From NCBI GenBank assembly GCA_963740085.1, contig CAVUCU010000001.1, positions 800,001 to 864,000 of the forward strand: 64,000 nt of DNA, read 5' to 3'. The notes under the pieces are model-generated. The model searched no databases. It was not told the origin of the DNA and saw nothing but the letters and a program-made list of their open reading frames with translations. The translations under genes were made by a program, and so were the position numbers. Shown piece by piece: positions 10,072 to 20,587 of this stretch (positions within the stretch are counted from its first letter, which is position 1; each line of letters begins with the position of its first letter). The DNA is from Nitrospirota bacterium (GTDB lineage: Bacteria > Nitrospirota > UBA9217).

Positions 10072-10839
10072 CTATCGGAAGACCTCAATATATTCCATAA
10101 AGGATATCGAATGTTCACCGGTATTGTCGGAATCATTCATGATCGCGATCCGCGCGCGGATCGGCGGTTTACGTCCAAAGGCCTTTTGATAGTCATCGAC
10201 GATATTGATCTCCTGATCCTGCCACGTGCCCACATTCTTCGGGCCTTTCTGCAGGAGGACCATCATCGCCCGGTCCGTGAAGGGGCTGACAAGGATCGAC
10301 GCGGGCTCTTCCTTGCTTGCCCAGACATAGCTCAGACTGCTCTCGGGCGGATACTCACCGTACAACTTCTTCGCAATCCCGTATTCGATCTTCTCGAACG
10401 TCCCCGCTCTGTCCGGATCGTACTCGAACATGACATATACGCGCATGGGATAATCGTCCCCTGACTTTGTCCTGGCATCACCCTTTGCATAGACATTGTT
10501 CACCTTCCAGCGCCATTTCACGCGGGGATAGTCGTACACGGTGAATGAATCCTTATACACGATCGCCGATGCCGAGTCCTGGCTTTCCGCCTTGAGGTAA
10601 TGACGTTCACCGTCTCTTTGAATTGTATAAACCGAGTGCTTTTTTATCTTTGGGAAATAAAAGGGCTTCCAGTTGTCCAGTGTGGCAAAATCCTCGCGGA
10701 AAAGGACCGACCTCTCCAGCGTATGGGCGACTGGAACCAGAAAAAGGGTCAGAAGAAGCGCAAACAGCCATGACCTCACAGGGGGAAGGCTTTTCATCAT
10801 TTTTGTCATTCGAGTGAATTCGTGGCGGCAATTTTTCAA
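10072..10839 (-). CDS. DUF3047 domain protein (start uncertain)
   Basis: WRWKV, SGDDYPMRVYV, LSYVWAS, IMNDSDNTG. Confidence 0.85.
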   Translation of the reverse strand: MKNCRHEFTRMTKMMKSLPPVRSWLFALLLTLFLVPVAHTLERSVLFREDFATLDNWKPFYFPKIKKHSVYTIQRDGERHYLKAESQDSASAIVYKDSFTVYDYPRVKWRWKVNNVYAKGDARTKSGDDYPMRVYVMFEYDPDRAGTFEKIEYGIAKKLYGEYPPESSLSYVWASKEEPASILVSPFTDRAMMVLLQKGPKNVGTWQDQEINIVDDYQKAFGRKPPIRARIAIMNDSDNTGEHSISFMEYIEVFR

Positions 10840-11531
10840 GATTTATACCATTTTGCGAGCTGTTCGGGCGACATGCCGAGCACGTACGAAATCTGCAGCA
10901 GCCAGTTCCTGAGCGTACAGTTCAGGACGCCTTCCTGCTCGTACCTGCGCACCGAGGTCCGCACCTTTACCGGTATGATACAGATATTGTCCGACCGCTT
11001 CCTGATACGCCTCATCAGTTCCACATCTTCCATGATCGGGATATCCCGGTATCCGCCGACCTTCTCAAAAATTTCACGCCGGATAAAGATGGCCTGGTCG
11101 CCGAATGGTATCTTTGTCAGTCGTGTCCGGAGAAAAACATACGCCTCGGTGATCTTGAAAATCCTTCGCTTCGAATCGAAACCAAGATCGAACGCTCCGC
11201 CGGCAAAACGTTTGTCGTTCATCGTTGACCGGATCAAGTCAAATGCGTTCGACGGCAGGTGGGTGTCAGCATGGAGAAACAGGAGAACCTCGCCGGTTGC
11301 GAGCGCTGCTCCGTGGTTCATCTGCCTGGCCCGACCCCTTTCAGAAACCGCCGTGCGCACGCCGTCATCCTTGATCGTGCCGACGGTGCTTCCCCCGGGA
11401 TCGCCGTCGACCACGATGATCTCCACCCTGCCGGCGGCATCAAGTCCACGAATATGATCAACGGTCTCACTGATGCTCCCGGCCTCGTTCAATACGGGAA
11501 TGATGATCGAGAGTGCGGGTATGCGGTCCAT
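10836..11531 (-). CDS. TIGR04283 family GT2 glycosyltransferase
   Basis: SIIIPVLNE, GRARQMNHGA, LFLHADT, PFGDQAIF, IMED. Confidence 0.9.
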   Translation of the reverse strand: MDRIPALSIIIPVLNEAGSISETVDHIRGLDAAGRVEIIVVDGDPGGSTVGTIKDDGVRTAVSERGRARQMNHGAALATGEVLLFLHADTHLPSNAFDLIRSTMNDKRFAGGAFDLGFDSKRRIFKITEAYVFLRTRLTKIPFGDQAIFIRREIFEKVGGYRDIPIMEDVELMRRIRKRSDNICIIPVKVRTSVRRYEQEGVLNCTLRNWLLQISYVLGMSPEQLAKWYKS

Positions 11532-11538
11532 CACCTGC

Positions 11539-11997
11539 TCACTTTCCCAACGCCTTCCATCTCGCCCGGATATCCTCAATCCGTTTCCGGTTGACCCCGA
11601 GATCGGAATGTCCGACGCGTGCTGCTGATCGGACTTGGATGAGCTTTGTGTTTTCATCGAACCAGAACTCCACATCATCGACGAACCGGAAGATCGCGCT
11701 GGTGAACTCCGCGTGAATATAAGTGCCCGTATCCGTGATGATGCGGGACCTCTTCATGCTGAGAATGATCTTCTTGATCCCGTCGTGCGCCTCGGCGACC
11801 GAGCCAACGAACGATAGCGGCTCGACAGCATGCTCCCGATCAGCGCTTTGGCTCGACACGCAGTTGGGCGAGGAGGGGCAAGGTGCAAGTTTGCCGTCTT
11901 TGATCCCGAGGTTGGCAGGCCGCACCCCGGTACAACCGATGATCAACAGGCTCAGCATTGCGATCGACAACAGTATGCGCTCCGTTCCCGCATCCAT
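11539..11997 (-). CDS. DUF1499 domain lipoprotein
   Basis: LAPCPSSPNCVSS, FVDDVEF, RSAARVGHSDLGVNRKR. Confidence 0.9.
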   Translation of the reverse strand: MDAGTERILLSIAMLSLLIIGCTGVRPANLGIKDGKLAPCPSSPNCVSSQSADREHAVEPLSFVGSVAEAHDGIKKIILSMKRSRIITDTGTYIHAEFTSAIFRFVDDVEFWFDENTKLIQVRSAARVGHSDLGVNRKRIEDIRARWKALGK

Positions 11998-12128
11998 AAG
12001 GCACCTCCCGGTATAATGTCGTAATGATGATATTATACACGATTTTTCCATTCTCACCTCATGCATCGGTTGCTGTGTTGATGAAGTATGCTCCTCTGCG
12101 GTCTGCGCCTCATTACTATATTATTCCA

Positions 12129-12158
12129 TTGACAAGACGGGCCCTTACAAGGTATTAT
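12129..12158 (+). promoter_or_regulatory. sigma70-type promoter upstream of typA
   Basis: TTGACA-N18-TATTAT. Confidence 0.55.
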
Positions 12159-12240
12159 GCCCAGCTTGAAAAGAACCCAAACTGCGTTCCACGAAAAATC
12201 CCGTCACCAAGAACTTCTTCGTGCTCATCGTGGTAAAAAA

Positions 12241-12477
12241 AGGTTCATTCGTAAAAAGTTGAAACCCAATGTACAACCACTGAGACACGGAGACACGGAG
12301 CAAGGCCGGGAAACGTGGGGGATTTTAAAAACCTCGGGGTCCTTCTATTTTCCCTGATAAATCAGAGCATCACAAAAGACGCTACTCTTAACACTCCGTA
12401 GTAAAATAACATCAGTCCTCTGTGCCTCCGCGTCTCCGTGGTGAGAAAAGCCTTTTCAATTAAAATACAAAAGAACT
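12241..12477 (+). mobile_element. MITE-like element family A, copy 1
   Basis: ~240 bp; diverged inverted copy at 34237-34476; imperfect TIRs AGGTTCATTCGTA / AGTTCTTT(C/T)GTA; internal palindrome. Confidence 0.8.
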
Positions 12478-12495
12478 TAAAAAAGGATAAAAGGA

Positions 12496-14316
12496 ATGAT
12501 AAAAAGAACCGACCTTCGCAACATAGCCATCATCGCCCACGTTGACCATGGCAAGACGACCCTTGTGGACACCCTCCTGCGCCAGAGCGGGACCTTCCGC
12601 GACAATGAGCGCATCCAGGAACGGGTGATGGACAACATCGACCTCGAACGCGAGCGCGGGATCACCATCATGGCCAAGAACACGTCTCTCCATTACAACG
12701 GCGTGAAGATCAATATCGTGGACACGCCCGGCCATGCGGACTTCGGCGGCGAGGTGGAGCGCACCCTCAAGATGGTGGATGGCGTTCTGCTGCTCGTGGA
12801 CGCCTCGGAAGGGCCGTTGCCCCAGACCCGCTTCGTGCTCAAGAAGGCGCTCGAGCTCGGGTTGCCGCCGATCCTCGTCATCAACAAGATAGACCGTCCG
12901 GACGCCCGTATCGCCGAAGTGGTGGATGAGGTTTACGACCTGTTCATCGACCTCGACGCAAACGATTCCCAGCTCGACTTCCCTGTTGTGTATACAAACG
13001 CGCGTGACGGCGTCGCCAAACTGAAGATGGAGGATGAGGGAAAGAATCTCAAACCGCTCTTTGATCTTATCGTGAACACCGTACCGCAGGCGGAAGGCGA
13101 CGAGACCGCGCCGCTCCAGCTCCTGGTCATGAACATCATTTACAATGATTATGTCGGACGTCTGGCCATCGGAAAGATCTTCGCCGGCACCGCAAGGGTG
13201 GCCGATCCCATCGGGGTGATCACCCAGAACAATGGCATGGTCAAGACCAAGATCACGTCGCTCTTTTCGTTTGAGGGCCTGAAGCGCGTGGACACTCCCA
13301 GCGCGACGGTCGGCGATATCGTTGCCCTGGCCGGCATTGAAGGCGTGAACATCGGAGATACGATCACAGACCCCGAGAACCCCAAGCCCCTGCCGCGCAT
13401 TGCCGTGGACGAGCCCACGATCTCGATGATCTTCTCGATCAACAACTCACCCTTTGCAGGCAAGGAAGGCAAGTTCGTCACCTCCCGCCATTTGAAAGAA
13501 CGGCTTGAGAAGGAACTCCTGTACAATGTCGCGATCAAGGTAGAACCGGGTGACGCAACCGACTCCTTCAAGGTCCTGGGACGAGGAGAACTGCAGCTTG
13601 CGATCCTGATCGAGATGATGCGGCGGGAAGGCTATGAGCTCTCGGTTTCCCAGCCCGAGACCATTACCAAGATCCGCGATGGAAAGACCTTCGAGCCCAT
13701 GGAAAACCTGGTCATCGATTGCCCTGACGAGTTCATAGGCGTGGTGACCCAGAAGCTCGGCTCTCGCAAGGGTCGCATGACCAAGATGGCGAACAACGGG
13801 CATGGACGGGTCAGACTCGAGTTCCGCATCCCTGCGCGCGGCCTCATCGGCTTCCGGTCGGAATTCTTGACCGACACGCGCGGCACCGGCCTCCTGAACC
13901 ACCTTTTTGACGGATACGAACCCTGGCAGGGCCCGATCGCCAAGCGCTCCACCGGAGCGCTCGTGGCCGACCGGGCGGGAAAGACCACGACCTATGCCCT
14001 CTACCATATCCAGCCCCGCGGCGAGCTCTTCATCAATGAAAGCACGGCGGTATATGAAGGCATGATCGTGGGGGAGAACTCCCGCGAGACCGACATGGAC
14101 GTGAACGTGATCAAGGAAAAGAAACTCACGAACATGCGCGCTTCGGGCGCTGACGAAGCGCTTCGGCTTGTGCCCCACCGGCTGCTGTCTCTTGAACAGT
14201 CACTCGAGTTCATCAAGGAAGACGAACTCGTGGAAGTAACGCCACATTCCATCCGGCTTCGGAAGAAGGTCCTTGACCAGAATAAAAGGCCGAAGAACAG
14301 GGAAAAGAGCGAGTAA
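12496..14316 (+). CDS. typA: translational GTPase TypA/BipA
   Basis: [38 protein letters not shown]. Confidence 0.97.
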   Translation: MIKRTDLRNIAIIAHVDHGKTTLVDTLLRQSGTFRDNERIQERVMDNIDLERERGITIMAKNTSLHYNGVKINIVDTPGHADFGGEVERTLKMVDGVLLLVDASEGPLPQTRFVLKKALELGLPPILVINKIDRPDARIAEVVDEVYDLFIDLDANDSQLDFPVVYTNARDGVAKLKMEDEGKNLKPLFDLIVNTVPQAEGDETAPLQLLVMNIIYNDYVGRLAIGKIFAGTARVADPIGVITQNNGMVKTKITSLFSFEGLKRVDTPSATVGDIVALAGIEGVNIGDTITDPENPKPLPRIAVDEPTISMIFSINNSPFAGKEGKFVTSRHLKERLEKELLYNVAIKVEPGDATDSFKVLGRGELQLAILIEMMRREGYELSVSQPETITKIRDGKTFEPMENLVIDCPDEFIGVVTQKLGSRKGRMTKMANNGHGRVRLEFRIPARGLIGFRSEFLTDTRGTGLLNHLFDGYEPWQGPIAKRSTGALVADRAGKTTTYALYHIQPRGELFINESTAVYEGMIVGENSRETDMDVNVIKEKKLTNMRASGADEALRLVPHRLLSLEQSLEFIKEDELVEVTPHSIRLRKKVLDQNKRPKNREKSE

Positions 14317-14338
14317 ACTTTTACAGTACTTGACTAAG

Positions 14339-14371
14339 AAAAGGGGTCATCTCATCGATGACCCCTTTTTT
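14339..14371. terminator. bidirectional Rho-independent terminator
   Basis: AAAAGGGGTCATC...GATGACCCCTTTTTT. Confidence 0.85.
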
Positions 14372-14504
14372 GCCCTCAACCGCACTGTGCTGACTTTGCT
14401 CAGTTCAACGTGAGGAATTTGCGGAGCTATAAACATCGAACTGCAAAAAAGACGGGGCAGCCTTTCAGCTCCCCCGTTGTGTGTGGCTCCCACCTGGTTG
14501 TAGG

Positions 14505-14972
14505 TTACTTCATCCCGTCAGCGATAGACTTGTCGATCGACCACTTGCCGCCGCCCCTGATCATCAGGGCGATCCCGATAGCAATGACGAGCAGATGGTA
14601 CTCGAAGCCCTCGCCTACGGGTTTACCCTCGCTTGTCATTGCACCGAACCAATTCATAAAAAACCCGTTATGCCAGTGAATCATGTATACGGCAACGATC
14701 ATGTTGACGGTGATGCCGAAGGCTGCGACACGGGTCAGAAGCCCCGTGATCAGTCCGAGCCATCCGAGCCCTTCCGCCATGATGGCCAGAAAGGCGAACA
14801 CCGCGGGAATGCCGAGTTTGCCGGTAAAGAATCCCATGGTCCCTTCAAAGCCATATCCTCCGAACATGGTTGTCAGTTTTTGCATGCCATGCGGGAAAAA
14901 CACAATCCCAAGCATGACACGGAGCACCAGCAGCGCCACATCATCGTTCGTTTGCATAAGTTTCTTAAACAT
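14505..14972 (-). CDS. DoxX family membrane protein
   Basis: LRVMLG..FPHGMQKL, HNGFFMNW, GFEYHL, GGGKWSID. Confidence 0.9.
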   Translation of the reverse strand: MFKKLMQTNDDVALLVLRVMLGIVFFPHGMQKLTTMFGGYGFEGTMGFFTGKLGIPAVFAFLAIMAEGLGWLGLITGLLTRVAAFGITVNMIVAVYMIHWHNGFFMNWFGAMTSEGKPVGEGFEYHLLVIAIGIALMIRGGGKWSIDKSIADGMK

Positions 14973-15031
14973 AGCCGCCCTCTTTTGATTCAAAACCGCT
15001 CACTTACATTTCGCCGCGCCATTGATACGAA

Positions 15032-15256
15032 TCAGTCGACCTTTGCATGGGTTCCGTCGCAATAGGGGGCCTTTTTCGTACGCTGGCACGTACACAACAC
15101 GACCTTCTTTTTTGCGTCCAGTACAAACTCTACCGGCACAAAGGTCGTCCCCTTGTGTGAACCGTCGCAAAACGGCACTTTGTTTGACTTACCGCAGCTG
15201 CACCAATAGTACGTCCCCGGCTCCAACTCCATTATCATAGGCAATTTTTTGTTCAT
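15032..15256 (-). CDS. CDGSH iron-sulfur domain protein
   Basis: WCSCGKS..PFCDGSH and LCTCQRT..PYCDGTH. Confidence 0.92.
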   Translation of the reverse strand: MNKKLPMIMELEPGTYYWCSCGKSNKVPFCDGSHKGTTFVPVEFVLDAKKKVVLCTCQRTKKAPYCDGTHAKVD

Positions 15257-15530
15257 TGCTTCCTCCTTTGTATGTATCATAGAGTATAGCACTATTTTTT
15301 ATATCATTTTGTCAAGTCCGGGTGAAGTAAAAAGGAAGGAGCAGGCAATCTCGAGAAGTGATAGCGGGTGCGATTATTTATCCTGGAAAAACACCGAGAC
15401 GCTGTCGAAGCGGGTCAGCATATGCTGAAATCGAATAAAAAAACTCTTTTCCTGTTTAACCGGCACCAGAGAAAAAATCCGCTGTTATCCGGATCTTATC
15501 AGTGAAAACCCGTGTTAAAAAAATCGTTTG

Positions 15531-15815
15531 TCAGGTTTCTATGAACTGCAGGCCGGAGCGGTAAAAGTTGTCATCTTCTTTTCTGGTCCAGCAGACCGCA
15601 GCTGTCCGGGAATCGACCGGGAGGGTGGTCTTGATGGTGATCTGTTGCCCTTTGGGGAGAAGTTCGAATAAATACATGCCAAGGCCGGTTGAACTGAGGT
15701 TGTTGGCAACAGCTTTATGAACTACCGCCTCCTTGTCCTCTGGAGGCCCCAAGACATACTCGATCGTTGCAGGGTAATCATAACGTGTATCTTTTCTCGT
15801 CCTGGTATACGACAT
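15531..15815 (-). CDS. PilZ domain protein
   Basis: RxxxR (RKDTR), NLSSTG, GLQF. Confidence 0.75.
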   Translation of the reverse strand: MSYTRTRKDTRYDYPATIEYVLGPPEDKEAVVHKAVANNLSSTGLGMYLFELLPKGQQITIKTTLPVDSRTAAVCWTRKEDDNFYRSGLQFIET

Positions 15816-16250
15816 GTCTCTCCATGATGATCCGGAATCATCGGCTGCAGTAATGGGTTTAATAATAAGCTGACGCACCTTGCTTGTCAATACACCTTTA
15901 ATGTCAGGACCTGTAACAGCCGGGGCTTCGACGTGGGCGACTCGACTGAACGCGCCGAAGCCTCCGGGTAAAACAGACTTCCCTTTTTCATAACATTCTT
16001 GACTCTATCTCGTTATTCCTCTCTTTACATTTGAAATGATCTGCGGTATCTTTCCCAGGGAAGCGGCCGGAAATCGAAGCTCCCTGCAATCCCGCCGTTT
16101 CCGGGCGAGAGGAATCTCGATTCTCAAGGTAGGAACATAAGCTATTCGCTCCCTGAGCCCGCGTCAAGCATGCGGGGAATGCCCTCACTCCGGAACTCAT
16201 GGCCAACTGTTTTTTAAGGATGTATGACATCACTGCAAAAGGGAACGATC

Positions 16251-16793
16251 ATGACCGATGACATTCAGGAAATACTCATCGACGATCAGGCGATCGCTGA
16301 AAAGGTCCGGGAAATTGCAGCCCGAATATCGGCGGACTATGCGGGCAAGGAGCTGGTACTGATCTGCATCCTGAAGGGCGCCGCTGTTTTCACCGCAGAC
16401 CTTATGCGGCACCTTACCCTTCCCGTCACCGTGGAATTTGTACAGGCAGCGAGCTACGGCGCTTCAACAACCCGATCGAAAAAAATAGTCGTCGAGACGG
16501 TTGGAGAGATCGACATTTCGGGTAAGCATGCGCTCCTTGTCGATACGATCATCGACACCGGGGAGACAATGGCCTGTCTGTTCAATGAGTTTGCGGGACG
16601 AGGTCCGGCCAGCCTCAAGGCGGTCACCCTGCTGGATAAAAGATCGCGCCGGACTGCGAAAGTCTCAATCCTGTGCTGTGGTTTCGAGATCCCTGACAAG
16701 TTCGTGGTGGGATACGGCATGGACTACGGAGAAAAGCATAGAAATCTGCCCTGCATCGCGGCGATCAAGACGACCGGTAAAACGATTCCCTGA
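16251..16793 (+). CDS. hpt: hypoxanthine phosphoribosyltransferase paralog
   Basis: ILKGA, VDTIIDTGET PRPP loop, FVVGYGMDY..RNLP. Confidence 0.85.
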   Translation: MTDDIQEILIDDQAIAEKVREIAARISADYAGKELVLICILKGAAVFTADLMRHLTLPVTVEFVQAASYGASTTRSKKIVVETVGEIDISGKHALLVDTIIDTGETMACLFNEFAGRGPASLKAVTLLDKRSRRTAKVSILCCGFEIPDKFVVGYGMDYGEKHRNLPCIAAIKTTGKTIP

Positions 16794-16851
16794 TATCCTT
16801 TGCGGAGACGGACCTCCGCTCCCCCGTCGGTCGTTCCTTTACCATTCCCTT

Positions 16852-18417
16852 CTATTCCTCCACAACCAGCAGTTCTGCTGCGGCCTGCTGGACCTCATCC
16901 ATCCTGTCATAGGCGGCGATTAACACATCGGCGTCCCTGAAGTGGTCGAGAAGATAAGGGCTGTCGAAGGAGATCACGATCGATTTCCCCTTTTCCGACT
17001 TGACCGTCTTTAAAAATTTAACCGCCATGTCCCTGAGTTTGTCGTCAATACCTGAATGCCCCTTCGCAGCGGATATCCTCGAATAGATCGCCAAGACCAC
17101 GAACTCCGAGGCCCGGATTCCGTCAAGCACCAGGGATTCCGGTATTTCTGACCCGCTGGTCATGACCATGGCAAGGATGTGTTTGCATCGCGCCCTCATC
17201 GCGTGGACAAAGACATCGCCTGACCCCCTGTTGTTGTCGTCATCGAGAATAAAGCATGCAACTCCTCCATCATGAGGCAGGGGGAACATCTTTTTGTCTC
17301 CGGAGACGATGCGGAGGGCCTTTTGCCCGATCTTCCGTGCAATAAGCCGGTGCTTCGGATAATCGATCCGGACGGCCTTCTGTGCGGTCTTGTCGAAGAG
17401 ACCGAGGCGTGTTTTTGCTGCCGTGATCCGTTCAACTGACTCGCTGATCCGCTGGCTGGTCAACCTTCCCTGATTCACGGCGGACACAACCGCATCAATG
17501 GTCGCCGTCGCGTCGCGCGGGTGAAGCAAAATATCGATCCCGGCTTCCACGGCGCGTACGGCGATCTCATCCGAAGAGCAGTTGCGTGCGAGTGCGCCCA
17601 TGTCAAGAGCGTCGGATACGATCAGCCCCTCGAATTCCATGCCTTCCCGAAGGAGCGCGGTGATCGTCTTCTTCGAGAAGGTCGTCGGGTTCTCCGGGTC
17701 CAGCGCCGGCACGAGCAGGTGAGCCACCATGACCATGCCCACCCCGTCCTTTACGGCCTTGCGGAACGGCGGGAGCTCAACGCGGTTCAGCCGGGTCCGC
17801 GCGGCGCGGATCACCGGCAGCACGGAATGTGAGTCCTGGTCCGTGTCCCCGTGGCCCGGGAAATGCTTGGCGCAAGCCAGAAGTTCCAGCCTGCCCCGCG
17901 TCCCGCGTGACTTCTGAAGCCGCGTGATATATCGAGAACCGAACCATTCAACGATCTCGGGTTCATCGCCGAAGGCCCTGGTGCAGATGATGGGGTTATC
18001 AGGATTGTTGTTTACGTCAACGACGGGAGAAAAAACGGCATGAATTCCCGCGGCGCGCGTCTCGGTCCGCACAATATCGAGCATGGTGTCGAGCAGTTCA
18101 ACGTCTTTTTTCACGCGGCGGTTAATTGCCGACGACACAGCGCGCTGGTTGGGAAAGATCGTCCCTCCGCTAAGCTGCTGGCCGAGGCCGCGCTCCACAT
18201 CGGACGAGATCAGAAGCGGGGTCCCGGCAAGGCCCTGGAGTTCCTGCAGGTACCGCGGGGTATGCTCGACCGCCCCCCCAAAAAGGATAAATCCGCCGAT
18301 GCCGGCCTCAACAAGGACCTTGATCTGGTCAAGGTATCGGGCGTCCTCGAGTCTCGCGCCTTCGAGCCGGGGCATGACCATCTGAGCGACTTCTCGCCTG
18401 AGTGAAGTACTTTGCAT
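16852..18417 (-). CDS. glycoside hydrolase family 3 (NagZ-like beta-N-acetylhexosaminidase)
   Basis: KHFPGHGDTDQDSH, SDALDM, C-terminal GH3 domain. Confidence 0.9.
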   Translation of the reverse strand: MQSTSLRREVAQMVMPRLEGARLEDARYLDQIKVLVEAGIGGFILFGGAVEHTPRYLQELQGLAGTPLLISSDVERGLGQQLSGGTIFPNQRAVSSAINRRVKKDVELLDTMLDIVRTETRAAGIHAVFSPVVDVNNNPDNPIICTRAFGDEPEIVEWFGSRYITRLQKSRGTRGRLELLACAKHFPGHGDTDQDSHSVLPVIRAARTRLNRVELPPFRKAVKDGVGMVMVAHLLVPALDPENPTTFSKKTITALLREGMEFEGLIVSDALDMGALARNCSSDEIAVRAVEAGIDILLHPRDATATIDAVVSAVNQGRLTSQRISESVERITAAKTRLGLFDKTAQKAVRIDYPKHRLIARKIGQKALRIVSGDKKMFPLPHDGGVACFILDDDNNRGSGDVFVHAMRARCKHILAMVMTSGSEIPESLVLDGIRASEFVVLAIYSRISAAKGHSGIDDKLRDMAVKFLKTVKSEKGKSIVISFDSPYLLDHFRDADVLIAAYDRMDEVQQAAAELLVVEE

Positions 18418-18700
18418 GGTGGTTATTCTCGCATTTTTCGCGGACGTATTGCAAGCATTTTGTTGTTTGCGCCTCACGCGGTAATTTATTCCCGCTTCAC
18501 TCTTTTCTTCACGCATGGTATACTATGCGTCGTTTCACGCGTATCCCTGACCCGGACAGGCGGTATATCCGAGGGACGATGGACGACCGTTCGCTTCGCT
18601 CGCTAAGACGAGGGACACCTCCTTAACCGCTTTTGCTTCTCCCGTCCCTCATCTTCGTCCGTCGTGAGCGCGGCACGCCCTGCTTGCAAGGAGTCCTTGT

Positions 18701-19501
18701 TTGAAAAAGCTCAGCTACGAGAATGGCGTCTACCGGACAGGCCCCGTCCGCATAACCTTCATGGCAAAGGCATTGACCTCGCTCTTGTTTTATACCCGGC
18801 TCTTCTCCATCGTTGTCCGGGGAAGCGGCCAGGCAAAGCGCGGCAGATACGGCACTCCCGAATGGTGCGAAGACAGCCTCGCCACCTTCCGTGCACTTGA
18901 GGAAGTCGGGGTGAAGTTCGAGATCACCGGCATCGACGCCTTCACCGCCGTCGAGGGCCCGTGCGTGTTCATTGCCAATCACATGAGCACGCTCGAAACA
19001 TTCATCCTCCCGACGATCATTGCCTCCTTCAAGGACGCGACCTTCGTCGTCAAACAAAGCCTGGTCGACTACCCGGTCTTCAAATACATCATGCGCTCGC
19101 GGGACCCCATAACCGTGGGCCGAACGAATCCCCGCGACGATCTGAGAGCCGTGCTGGAGGGCGGGGCCGAACGATTGAAGGCAGGAAGATCCGTCGTTAT
19201 TTTCCCCCAGACGACCCGGACGCCCGTCTTTGACCCGGCGCAGTTCAACACCATAGGGATAAAGCTTGCGAAGAAGGCCGGGGTGCCGGTGGTCCCGATC
19301 GCGCTCACGACCAGCGCCTGGGGCAATGGCAGGTTCCTCAAAGACTACGGCAGGATCGACCCTTCGAAGAAGGCTCGCTTCGCCTTCGGCAAACCGCTCT
19401 GGATCAGGGACCGCGGGACTGAAGAACACCAGGAGATCATCGATTTTATTACGGGGAAACTGAAGGAATGGGAGGCCGAGGAGCAGGCGGGAAAAGCATA
19501 A
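18701..19501 (+). CDS. lysophospholipid acyltransferase (PlsC-like)
   Basis: NHMSTLE, IFPQTTR, PVVPIAL. Confidence 0.85.
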   Translation: MKKLSYENGVYRTGPVRITFMAKALTSLLFYTRLFSIVVRGSGQAKRGRYGTPEWCEDSLATFRALEEVGVKFEITGIDAFTAVEGPCVFIANHMSTLETFILPTIIASFKDATFVVKQSLVDYPVFKYIMRSRDPITVGRTNPRDDLRAVLEGGAERLKAGRSVVIFPQTTRTPVFDPAQFNTIGIKLAKKAGVPVVPIALTTSAWGNGRFLKDYGRIDPSKKARFAFGKPLWIRDRGTEEHQEIIDFITGKLKEWEAEEQAGKA

Positions 19502-19705
19502 AAGAGATTTTGAACATCAACGCGCCTGGTGAGTATTTCACAAGGCTAAAACGGTAGTTGGCCGCATAAGGCACACCCTGTATTCGCGCGGACTCGCCAA
19601 CGGGGAGGAATTACAAAAACATCGGCATTTGATCTCTTTTGTCGAATAAAGCCCGGCCCGGGAAGTCGGGTGGATCTTGCATCATGAACGTTTCAACGGG
19701 TTTGG

Positions 19706-19732
19706 TGAGCTGAACTCAGCTCAGGAAGAGCT
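19706..19732 (-). promoter_or_regulatory. putative bacterial SECIS element
   Basis: Minus strand UGA-AGCUCUUCC-UGAGCUG-AGUU-CAGCUCA; loop 16 nt after UGA containing GU. Confidence 0.5.
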
Positions 19733-19915
19733 TCATGTCGGACCGCAATTTACAGGGCACGCCTTTGCAGTTTTCTTCTCGTCTTCGGGTAAATGGCACT
19801 TTTTATATTTCTTCCCGCTGCCGCACCAGCAGTCGTCGTTCCTGCCCGGCCTCTGAGCAGGCACGCTTTCCTCCTTGCCCTTCAACAAATTCAGTGCGCG
19901 ATCAAACAGTCCCAT
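19721..19915 (-). CDS. SEC-C motif microprotein, probable selenoprotein (TGA at 19733-19735)
   Basis: [18 protein letters not shown]; tail [17 protein letters not shown] with downstream hairpin. Confidence 0.7.
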
Positions 19916-20011
19916 GGTTCCTCCGGCATCAATGTGATGCCGTGTATATTACCAAATCGATGTGCAATTTACTATGGGAAAATCCAACCGACTCCGATGT
20001 TCCCCCTCTTT

Positions 20012-20586
20012 TCAGGGTGCCAGGGTCTTCTCGATACGCCGGTCCGGGATGAGCCACATCACCGCAACGAGAACGTACAACGCGCAGGCGAACCACGGGT
20101 TCACAAAGGCCAGGGGAATCGAAATAAGATAGATCACGACCGACACCTTGCCCTTAAAATCCCTGCCAACCGCGCTCGCGAGGATGGAATCCCCCCGTGA
20201 AGCGCGATGAGGACCCGGGTAAGGATGAAGTAGGCGATCGCGGCAAACAGCAGCACCACGCCATAACACGCGACGGGCCATGAGGCAAAGTTGTTCTCGC
20301 CCATCCAGCCCGTGACAAAGGGTATCAGCGACAGCCAGAACAACAGGTGCAGATTGGCCCATAGGGAGCGGCCATCGACGTGCTTGATCGCCTGGAGAAG
20401 ATGATGGTGGTTGCTCCAGTAGATGCCGAGAAACAGAAAGCTGAGCACATAGGACAGGAACACCGGGATCAGCGGAAGCAGCGCAGCCGGGTCAGCTGTA
20501 CGCGGCACTTTCAATTCAAGCACCATGATGGTGATAAGGATCGCGATCACGCCATCGCTGAACGCTTCCATCCGTCCCTTGCTCAT
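20012..20586 (-). CDS. TMEM175 family K+ channel (one frameshift near 20190)
   Basis: RMEAFSDGVIAILITIMVL; C-terminus WLIPDRRIE in another frame. Confidence 0.85.
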
Positions 20587-20587
20587 G

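Noticed and set aside
15940-15980. c-di-GMP-I riboswitch next to PilZ gene (AAGCCTCCGG)
   Set aside because: Lacks GGCAAAC/GAAA/GACGCAAAG elements and is on the wrong strand; it is one arm of a palindrome
19640-19670. ykkC-like motif ATAAAGCCCGG
   Set aside because: No 5' half of the motif; lies between convergent gene ends
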